A DNA stretch of 16,211 bases from an uncultured Chloroflexia bacterium (GTDB lineage Bacteria; Chloroflexota; Dehalococcoidia; DSTF01; JALHUB01): the NCBI GenBank assembly GCA_963726245.1, contig CAVSBT010000024.1:1-16211 (forward strand), given 5' to 3'. The notes below the pieces were generated by a model. It worked only from the letters and a program-made list of their open reading frames with translations, was not told where the DNA came from and did not search any database. Positions 1 through 6,680 of the stretch are shown one piece after another. Each line of letters opens with the position of its first letter. The first letter of the stretch is position 1. Made by a program: the position numbers and the translations under genes.

Positions 1-263
1 ACCCGCTCTTCATCACGTCTTCCAAGTAGTCGATCTCCGCCCCCTTCCAGGAGTGGCGCGCTCTCGGGGTCCACGAGGAGCTTCACGCCGCGTTCCTCGA
101 GGACCACGTCGCCGTCCTCCTCCGTCTGGGCCAGGGCCATGCCGTACTGGTAGCCGGAGCAACCACCGCCCACTACAAAGACCCGCAGAGCGCCCTGAGC
201 CAGCCCCTTCTCTTCGAGGAGGCCCACGAGCTGCTCCGCAGCCTTCTCGCTTATGCTCAACAT
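1..263 (-). CDS. HesB/IscA/ErpA family (A-type) Fe-S cluster carrier protein, 3' end runs off the window; one apparent indel in the homopolymer at ~40-44
   Basis: Not in the ORF track. Manual translation from ATG 263: MLSISEKAAEQLVGLLEEKGLAQGALRVFVVGGGCSGYQYGMALAQTEEDGDVVLEERGVKLLVDPESAPLLEG, then after removing one G, AEIDYLEDVMKSG. LRVxVxGGGCSG.QY and GAEIDY are A-type carrier motifs. RBS GAGGAGG at 274-280 (-). Confidence 0.9.
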   Translation of the reverse strand, partial: MLSISEKAAEQLVGLLEEKGLAQGALRVFVVGGGCSGYQYGMALAQTEEDGDVVLEERGVKLLVDPESAPLLEGGGDRLLGRRDEER

Positions 264-341
264 CTCGCCCGTTCCTCCTCCTGGCGCTCCGGCGGCCCGT
301 CGCGGCTTCGAAAACGTTTGGCTTTTAGGAATTCAACACTT

Positions 342-371
342 ATTATAACTGCCTTACGCCGGCCGTGTCCA
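342..371 (-). promoter_or_regulatory. Putative sigma70-type promoter for the Fe-S carrier gene
   Basis: Minus strand TGGACA (371-366), N18, TATAAT (347-342), in an AT-rich patch of a GC-rich genome. Confidence 0.55.
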
Positions 372-461
372 ACAACCGAGGGAGATGAAGCTCAAGACTT
401 TCGGTAACAGCCCGGTTAGCCGCTTTGGAGAAGACAGGGCGATGATCGGTCGCCGAGCGCC

Positions 462-491
462 TTGCACGCCCCGGCGGCCGCCCTCTATAAT
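462..491 (+). promoter_or_regulatory. Putative sigma70-type promoter for the structured RNA / zinc-ribbon operon
   Basis: TTGCAC (462-467), N18, TATAAT (486-491). Predicted start ~498 coincides with the 5' end of a long stem. Confidence 0.6.
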
Positions 492-497
492 CCGCCC

Positions 498-654
498 AGG
501 GTCGGGGGGCGCACGCCCCAAGGCCTCTGGGCCGCGGCCCGATGCACGTGGGCGACCGAATCTTCCCCTGCCCGGTCTCTCCTTTCGCTTCGGGTTCCAA
601 CGGTTCCGGTCCCTCGTTGTTCGACTCCGGGTTGGTGAATCTGCGCCCGGCCTG
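498..654 (+). ncRNA. Candidate rod-shaped structured RNA (6S RNA-like, or structured 5' leader)
   Basis: By-eye pairing: 498-513 with 642-653 (bulged), 546-562 with 602-617, 571-575 with 590-594. Starts right after a promoter. No covariance model run. Confidence 0.35.
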
Positions 655-684
655 AGTGCCCGCGCTTGTCCCATTCACAAGAGT

Positions 685-1386
685 ATGACCACAGTGGCCG
701 ACCTCTACCTCCTCCAGGAGATGGACCTCGAAATCCAGGCGAAGCAGACCGCCCTGGAGGACGTGGAGGCGCGCCTGGGCGAGAGCGAGGAGCTGGAGGA
801 AGCGCGCCAGGAGGTGGAGGAGCAGCGCCGCCGCCTTCGCGAAGCGCAGAAGAAGCAACGTGAGGCGGAGTGGGCGGTGGAGGAGGTGCGCACGAAGATT
901 CAGCCCGTGGAGGCGAAGCTGTACGGCGGCACCGTCAAGATTCCCAAGGAGCTGGTTGGCCTCCAGCAGGACGTCGACGGCCTCAAGGCCCGCCAGCGCG
1001 AGATGGAGGACCGCGCGCTGGAGGCCATGTCGGCGGCGGAGGAGGTGGAAAGAGCGCTGGCGGACGCAGAGAAGCGTCGCGTGGAGCTGGAGGCTCAGTG
1101 GCAGGCGGAGCAGGAGAGCCTGCGCCGGCAGCGGGACGCTCTCCAGCTCGAGATTCAGGAGGTGGAGGAGAGCCGATCGGAGCAGGGGTCTGCCATCGAT
1201 GCCGAGATGATGCGGCAGTATGAATCCCTTCGGGCGCAGCACCAGGGGCGGGCCGTGGCCAAGGTCGAGCGCGGCATCTGCCAGGGCTGTCGCATCACGT
1301 TGCCCATGCACGTGCTCCAGAGGGCGCGGCGGGCCAATCACACGGTGCAGTGCACAAGCTGTGAGCGCATTCTCTACTTGAGCTGA
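685..1386 (+). CDS. C4-type zinc ribbon domain protein with long N-terminal coiled coil (DUF164 / CT398 / HP0958 / Rv2229c-like), 233 aa
   Basis: Starts MTTVADLYLLQEMDLEI; long Glu/Gln/Arg-rich coiled coil; C-terminal AVAKVERGICQGCRITLP...VQCTSCERILY with two CxxC pairs. ATG 685 preferred over 385. Confidence 0.9.
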   Translation: MTTVADLYLLQEMDLEIQAKQTALEDVEARLGESEELEEARQEVEEQRRRLREAQKKQREAEWAVEEVRTKIQPVEAKLYGGTVKIPKELVGLQQDVDGLKARQREMEDRALEAMSAAEEVERALADAEKRRVELEAQWQAEQESLRRQRDALQLEIQEVEESRSEQGSAIDAEMMRQYESLRAQHQGRAVAKVERGICQGCRITLPMHVLQRARRANHTVQCTSCERILYLS

Positions 1387-2803
1387 ATGAAAGCGGTCGG
1401 CTACTTTCGAGATGCTCCGGCGGGCAAGGGCCAGCCACTAGCGGCCCAGAGCGCCGCCTTCCTCGACTTCTGTGAGCAGCAGGGCTACGAGGCCATCGCC
1501 ACCTTCGTCGACTCCGTCGCGGCCGACGACCGGGGGCCCACGGGCTTCCGGCAACTGGCGGAGTTCCTTCGAGAGCCGGACAAGGGCTTTGTCGTCGTTG
1601 TCGTGCCCTGCCTGGAGGGCCTGGGCGAGACCCTGCGCGACGTGGCCCGCCGCTACTTCCAGATCGAGAGCCTGGGGGCCCAGGTTGCCTTCACGGACGG
1701 CACGAAGGACGCCGCCGAGCAACTCCTGGCTGCCTGGTCCAAGCACGCCGACGGCAAGCGCCTCAGCGATCGCGTCCGCGCCGCCATGCGCCGCAAGGCC
1801 GTCAGGGGCGAGGTGCTGGGACGCCCCCCCTACGGCTACAAGGTGGGCGTCCGTCGCCGCCTGGAGCTGGTGCCGGAGGAGGCCGTAGTCGTCCGCTACA
1901 TCTTCCGCCTCTACCTCCAGGAGGGCCTGGGCATACGCCTCATCGCCCGCCGTCTCAACGAGGAAGGGCTGAAGACGCGGCGAAACGGCAACTGGAGCAT
2001 GGTGACCATCCGGGACATCCTGCGCAACCGCGCCTATTTGGGCACCTACACCCGATTCGGCGTGCGCGTGCCGGGCAGCCACCCGGCCCTCGTCTCCGCC
2101 GAGGACTTCCGTCTGGTGCAAGAACGTCTCAGCGCCCGCCGCACCAGCTACTCGCCGCGAAGGGTCTCGCCCTTCCTCCTTTCCGGACTCCTGCCACTGC
2201 GGCTACTGCCAGAACAAGATGATCGGCGTCAGCCGCCGTCAGAGCTGGCGGCGCAAGGACGCGGAAGAGGAGAGCCAGGCCTCCTATCGCTACTACCAGT
2301 GCGAGTCCCGGACCAACCAGAGCGTGTGCGACTACCACACGCGGCGGGCCGAGGAGCTGGAGGAGGCCGTGCGGGAGGCGCTGAGGGACGCCGAATCAGC
2401 CGGTCCCGCCCTGCCGGAGGCCGGCGACGAGGCGGGGGTGCTCGCCGAGTGGCAGCGTCAGGCGCAGCGCCTGCATCGACGGCTGGCGCAGGTCGACAAG
2501 CGGCTGGAGGGCTACCTGGACGCGGCGGCCCGTGGGCGCCTGGCCCGCGATAAGCTGCGAAGCCTCAGCATGGCGGCCGCCACAGACCGCCTCGCCCTGG
2601 AGGAGGACCTGGAGGCGACCGAGGTCCGCGCCCGCCAGCACGCCAACGTCGCCGAGCGCCGGCGGCAGCGGGAATGGGCGCGCCAGCGCCTCTGTGACGA
2701 GTGGGACAGTCTCCTTTTTGCCGAGCGGCAAGAGCTCTTGAGGCAGGTGGTGGAGCGAATCGTGGTCACCGACGACGATATCCGCACCCTGCTCCGTCCC
2801 TGA
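1387..2803 (+). CDS. Large serine recombinase family protein (~471 aa after correcting one extra base at ~2191-2195) with a degenerate catalytic site
   Basis: Resolvase-like N-domain; recombinase domain (GRPPYGY, PEEAVVVRYIF, IARRLN, WSMVTIRDILRNRAYLG, HPALVS..DF..VQ); zinc ribbon (FLLSGL..CGYC...YRYYQC......C); coiled coil; LSR-type C-terminus (RQELLRQVVERIVV). Split between ORFs 1387..2553 and 2219..2803. Confidence 0.9.
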
Positions 2804-2810
2804 GAGCGCC

Positions 2811-3227
2811 TTGCCTGCCGCACCTCTCTACCACCTGGCTTACTCGGACGGCGCATCCAAGGGCAACCCCGGGCCCGCCGCCATCGGCGCCGTCATATTC
2901 GACCCGGAGGGCCACGAGCTCTATCGCCTTGGCAAGCGCCTGGGCACAGCCACCAACAACGAGGCCGAGTACCGTGCCGCCATCGCCGCCCTGGAGGCTG
3001 CGCTGGCCCTGGGGGCGCGCCGCCTCGAGTTGCGGATGGACTCGGAGCTCGTGGCGCGACAGATGTCCGGGCGCTACCGGGTGCGGAACCCGCGTCTGGC
3101 CCGTCTTCACGCTCGAATGCTGGCCCTTCGCCAGCGCTTCGAGGAGGTGGTCGTGCGGCACGTGCCCCGCACAGAGAACAAACTGGCCGACGCGATGGCC
3201 AACCAGGCCCTCCTGGAGGGGCCGTAG
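2811..3227 (+). CDS. rnhA: Ribonuclease HI family protein (short, archaeal/actinobacterial-like type)
   Basis: Motifs SDGASKGNPG, TNNEAEY, MDSELV, HVPRTENKLAD supply the D-E-D-D acidic tetrad. TTG start 7 nt after the recombinase stop. Confidence 0.92.
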   Translation: MPAAPLYHLAYSDGASKGNPGPAAIGAVIFDPEGHELYRLGKRLGTATNNEAEYRAAIAALEAALALGARRLELRMDSELVARQMSGRYRVRNPRLARLHARMLALRQRFEEVVVRHVPRTENKLADAMANQALLEGP

Positions 3228-3229
3228 GC

Positions 3230-3285
3230 GTAGGGGCAGGCCCCCGTGCCTGCCCTATTCGGCGACCGCAGGGGGTCGCCCCTAC
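3230..3285. repeat. GTAG-family REP doublet (REPIN-like inverted pair)
   Basis: GTAGGGGCAGGCCCCCGTGCCTGCCC (3230-3255, +) and GTAGGGGCGACCCCCTGCGGTCGCC (3285-3261, -). Each is GTAG plus a GC hairpin, arranged as an inverted pair. Confidence 0.7.
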
Positions 3286-3293
3286 TATATCGT

Positions 3294-3322
3294 TTGACTA
3301 CGCTTGGGCCCCATTGTAGACT
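3294..3322 (+). promoter_or_regulatory. sigma70-type promoter of rnpB
   Basis: TTGACT (3294-3299), N17, TAGACT (3317-3322), 7 nt before the P1 helix. Confidence 0.8.
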
Positions 3323-3329
3323 GAATATC

Positions 3330-3692
3330 GCCAGTAGGCCGGGTGGCCGCTCCTCCGGCTCGCCGGAGGGGAGGAAAGTCCGAGCTCCGCCGGGCAGGGT
3401 GCTGGGTAACACCCAGGAGGGGCGACCCTACGGACAGTGCCACAGAAACATACCGCCCGGGGCCGGAACATCGGCCTCGGGCAAGGGTGAAATGGTGCGG
3501 TAAGAGCGCACCAGCGGTCGGGTGACCGACCGGCTGGGCAAACCCCACCCGGAGCAAGACCAAATAGGAGGACTTGAGGTGCCCGGCCTGTCCTCGGGTT
3601 GGTCGCTAGAGGCGGTGGGTAACCGCCGTCCCAGACAGATGGCCACCATCCGCCTTGTGCGGATACAGAACTCGGCTTACAGGCCTACTGGC
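3330..3692 (+). ncRNA. rnpB: RNase P RNA, bacterial type A
   Basis: P1 GCCAGTAGGCC (3330-3340) pairs with GGCCTACTGGC (3682-3692). Universal motifs GAGGAAAGTCC, AGTGCCACAGAAA, GGTAAGAGC, GGCAAACCCC, ACAGAACTCGGCTTA. P13/14-, P18- and P19-like hairpins present. Confidence 0.98.
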
Positions 3693-3702
3693 ATTGCAGT
3701 TT

Positions 3703-3741
3703 GAGCCTTTCCGCCCCATAGGCGGGGGCTCTCTCTCTTTC
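3703..3741 (+). terminator. Intrinsic terminator after rnpB
   Basis: GAGCCTTTCCGCC-loop-GGCGGGGGCTC hairpin followed by TCTCTCTTT. Confidence 0.65.
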
Positions 3742-3806
3742 TAGTTTCCTATCGGTCCGTACCGGTCCCATCGGTTGGCAGAAGCTATCGGCAAAGGAGG
3801 GCTCTG

Positions 3807-4160
3807 ATGGTGAAACGCTGGTTATGGCTTCCTGGACTCGTGGCGGCGATCGTCCTTCTGGCGGCAGTCGTCGCGCCGCGCGTGGCGAGCGCGCGCACCG
3901 TGAATATGGTGGTGGGGTGCAACCCCGTGGCCCTGACTTACAACAACGGCACCGCCACCACGACGGTAGCCGACGGCGTCGCGCCGACGGGCTCTCTCGA
4001 CACCATCTGGAAGTATCTGCCGGCGGAGAGTCGCTGGCTGGGGTACCAGGCTGGTGCGCCTGTCGAGGTCAGCGACCTGCAGACCGTCCAGCGTCTGGAC
4101 GCCGTCTTCGTCTGCGTTAATGCTGTCGCTACCATAACCATGCCGGACATTGGAGGCTGA
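3807..4160 (+). CDS. Small secreted hypothetical protein (signal peptide, two Cys in the mature part)
   Basis: RBS AAGGAGG just upstream; MVKR then a hydrophobic stretch then an ASA cleavage-like motif; 117 aa. Confidence 0.8.
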   Translation: MVKRWLWLPGLVAAIVLLAAVVAPRVASARTVNMVVGCNPVALTYNNGTATTTVADGVAPTGSLDTIWKYLPAESRWLGYQAGAPVEVSDLQTVQRLDAVFVCVNAVATITMPDIGG

Positions 4161-4231
4161 TGCGGCGCAAGCAAGCCTCCCGGTGGGTAGGTAGGAGCTC
4201 GCTTCTCTATTGAAGCCCGCTCTGGTAGGGC

Positions 4232-5786
4232 ATGTCTCGTGAGCCCGCCTGGCTGAGGGACGTTGGCGAAGCGGAGGTCCTCGGCGACCTGCCTGCTTCG
4301 CTGACCGCTGTCTGCTACGACTCCCGTCGCGTCGAACCCGGCTGTCTTTTCGTGGCCGTCCCGGGGGCTACTCCACGCTCCCGCGACGGCCACGAGTTCA
4401 TCGACCAGGCGCTGGCGCAGGGCGCGGCGGCTCTCGTCGTGCAGCCGGACCATCGAGCCGCCTGGGAACGGCTGGCCGACAGCGGCCGCGTGCCGCTGGT
4501 CGTGGTCCCGGACAGCCGGCGGGCCCTGGCGTCGCTGGCGGCGGCCTTCCACGGCTGGCCGGCGCGTCGACTGCGCACGGTAGGTGTTACCGGCACCGAC
4601 GGCAAGACGACCACCGCCCATCTCGTCGCTGCCGTGCTGGAGGCGGCCGGCCGGCGCTGCGCCCTCCTCAGCAGCGCCGAGCTTCGCGCCGGCGGCCGGG
4701 CCCAGGTCAACGCCACCCACATGACGACCCTCGAGGCGCCCGAAGTGCAGGCCTTCCTGGCCGGGGCGCTGGAGGCCGGCGACCAGTGGGCCGTCGTCGA
4801 GGCGTCCTCCCATGGGCTGGCCCTTCACCGCGTCGACGCGTGCGAGTTCGACGTAGCCGTATTCACTACCCTCGGAAGCGACCACCTGGACTTCCACGGC
4901 AGCCTGGAGGAGTACCGGGCGGCCAAGGGACGCCTCTTCCTCATGCTTGACCAGGCTGTGGACAAGGGCGTGCCCAAGACGGCCGTCCTCAACGCCGACG
5001 ACCCGGCGTCGGACTACTTCCGGCGTTTGACGGCGGCGTCCGTCGTCACCTACGGCCTGGACGACGCCAACGTGGCCGCCCGCGCGGTCCGCACCGAAGG
5101 CCTGTCGACGTCCTTCGAGCTGGCAGGGGCCTTCGGCGCTGTGCCTGTGAAGACGCGACTGGCGGGGCGGTACAACGTATACAACTGCCTGGCGGCCGCC
5201 GCCGTGGGCCTCTCGCAGGGGCTATCGGCCGAGGAGGTGAAGAGGGGGCTGGAGGGCGTGTCCGGCGTGCCGGGTCGAATGGAGCTCATCGATGCCGGGC
5301 AGCCGTTCTCGGTGGTAGTGGACATCGCCTCCACGCCGCAGGCCCTGGCGAACGTTCTCGGGGTCCTGCGGGCCGCGTGCCTGCCTGCCGGACAGGCGGG
5401 TCCGGGACGGCTCTGGGCCGTCTTCGGCTGCGCCGGGGAGAGGGACCCCGGCCGGCGCGACGGCATGGGACGAGCCGCCGGGCGCCTGGCCGACTTCGTG
5501 GTGCTCACGAACGAGGACCCGCGCTCCGAAGACCCGGACGCCATCATCGAGGCCATCGCCGTCGGCCTGCGGGAGGCCGGGCGCCGGGAAGGGCGACGAC
5601 TTCGTGCGCATCCCGGACCGGCGTCAGGCCATCGCCTACGCCTTCGAGAGGGCGGGCGAGGGCGACGTGGTCCTCCTGGCCGGCAAGGGCAGCGAGCAGA
5701 CCATGGTCTTCGGCGACCAGCACCTCCCCTGGGACGAGCGGTCGGTGGCGCGGGAGCTGCTGCAGGAGCTGGGAGCCAGGCACTAG
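4232..5786 (+). CDS. murE: MurE-family UDP-MurNAc-tripeptide ligase (one extra base at ~5589-5593)
   Basis: YDSRRV..G.LFVA, DGH.FI, P-loop GVTGTDGKTTT, EASSHGL, DHLDFH, VPGRME, FGCAGERD, EDPRSE. After the shift: DRRQAIAYAF...GDVVLLAGKGSE to TAG 5786. Confidence 0.9.
5380..5400. repeat. Mini palindrome CCTGCCTG-CCGGA-CAGGCGGG inside murE
   Basis: 8-bp stem with one G-T pair. Shares both ends with the element at 9923-9960. Confidence 0.5.
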
Positions 5787-5807
5787 GAACCGGGAGGGTA
5801 TTGCCAA

Positions 5808-6282
5808 ATGCTAAGAATCACCCCATTTCTATGGTTTGATGACAATGCTGAAGAGGCAATTGATTTCTACACCTCTGTTTTCAAGAACTCAAAGATCGTG
5901 AGCATCACGCGCTACGGGGAAGCAGGGCCTGGACCGAAGGGAGCGGTGATGTCGGCGACATTTCAGCTCCAGGACCAGGAATTGATGGCGTTGAACGGTG
6001 GTCCGCAATTCAAATTCACCGAGGCCATATCGTTTTTCGTCAATTGCGAGACTCAGCAGGAAGTAGACGAGTTGTGGGAGAAGCTCTCCGAGGGCGGAGA
6101 AAAAGGCAGATGCGGCTGGCTCAAAGACAAGTTTGGTTTGTCGTGGCAAATCGTACCCGCTGCTTTAGGCGAGATGTTGAGCGACAAGGACGCTGAGAAA
6201 TCCAAGAGGGTCATGGAAGCAATGCTCCGAATGGATAAGAATTGACATTAAGACTTTAAGGCAGGCATACGAGCAAGAATGA
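5808..6282 (+). CDS. VOC family protein, PhnB / 3-demethylubiquinone-9 3-methyltransferase-like (one extra A at ~6240)
   Basis: [55 protein letters not shown]. Removing one A gives the family-typical end [16 protein letters not shown] (TGA 6280-6282). Confidence 0.92.
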
Positions 6283-6418
6283 AACAAGCCCCGTCAGGCT
6301 GACGGGTATGGCGAAAGGGGAGCTCTGCGCCTGTTGTTTCTTGTCACAACAGCGGTCACGGTAGGCCGCGGCTCTCCGGCTCACGGACCGCTGAGTCTCA
6401 CCTCCGGGTGGCGCTCCG

Positions 6419-6447
6419 TTGACGAGGCGATGCGCCTGTGATAGTAT
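6419..6447 (+). promoter_or_regulatory. Strong sigma70-type promoter with extended -10
   Basis: TTGACG (6419-6424), N17, TAGTAT (6442-6447), preceded by TGn. Confidence 0.75.
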
Positions 6448-6473
6448 CGCGTTTAGGAAAGGAGGTGATGTGG

Positions 6474-6551
6474 ATGGATGATTATCATAGTTGCTGCGCC
6501 TTAGGGCCTGTCCACCCACACCGCGCCTCCTTGGGGGTAGCTGCCCCCTAG
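6474..6551 (+). CDS. Candidate small peptide MDDYHSCCALGPVHPHRASLGVAAP (alternative frame 6478-6504, MIIIVAAP)
   Basis: Near-perfect SD AAAGGAGGTGAT (6458-6469) upstream, and its own promoter. No recognised homology. Confidence 0.4.
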   Translation: MDDYHSCCALGPVHPHRASLGVAAP

Positions 6552-6629
6552 ACGCGCGGCCTGCCTCTTCCGTCAGGGGACGCGCCTCTGGCGGCGGCAG
6601 GAGAGGCTAGGCCCTGGGCCTAGCAACAC

Positions 6630-6660
6630 GGGGCCACCTCGAGACCGGGGTGGCCCCTTA
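6630..6660 (+). terminator. GC hairpin closing the small transcript (terminator-like, weak U tract)
   Basis: GGGGCCACCTCG-AGAC-CGGGGTGGCCCC followed by TTACTAT. Confidence 0.5.
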
Positions 6661-6680
6661 CTATGCCGGCGGACGGCGCT

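Noticed and set aside
498-654. SRP RNA or tmRNA
   Set aside because: No SRP helix-8 GGAA/AGCAG motif and no tRNA-like GGGGC...CCA ends on either strand.
385-684. 100-aa N-terminal extension of the zinc-ribbon ORF (start 385)
   Set aside because: Low-complexity Arg/Pro/Gly translation spanning a promoter and a structured region; family similarity begins at ATG 685.
343-1341. Long antisense/shadow ORFs (also 1438..2121, 3938..4897, 10205..11086, 11632..13026, 12824..13960)
   Set aside because: They overlap well-supported genes on the other strand, show no recognisable motifs, and are expected in high-GC DNA.
2191-2195. Programmed frameshift in the recombinase gene
   Set aside because: No slippery heptamer, and similar indels occur throughout the window in unrelated genes.
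1387-2803. Active integrase marking a prophage or ICE
   Set aside because: Catalytic residues are absent, no phage or conjugation genes are nearby, no flanking att-like repeats are visible, and the gene is coupled to housekeeping neighbours.
3246-3704. Short ORFs overlapping rnpB
   Set aside because: The region is fully explained by RNase P RNA, its promoter and the REP doublet.
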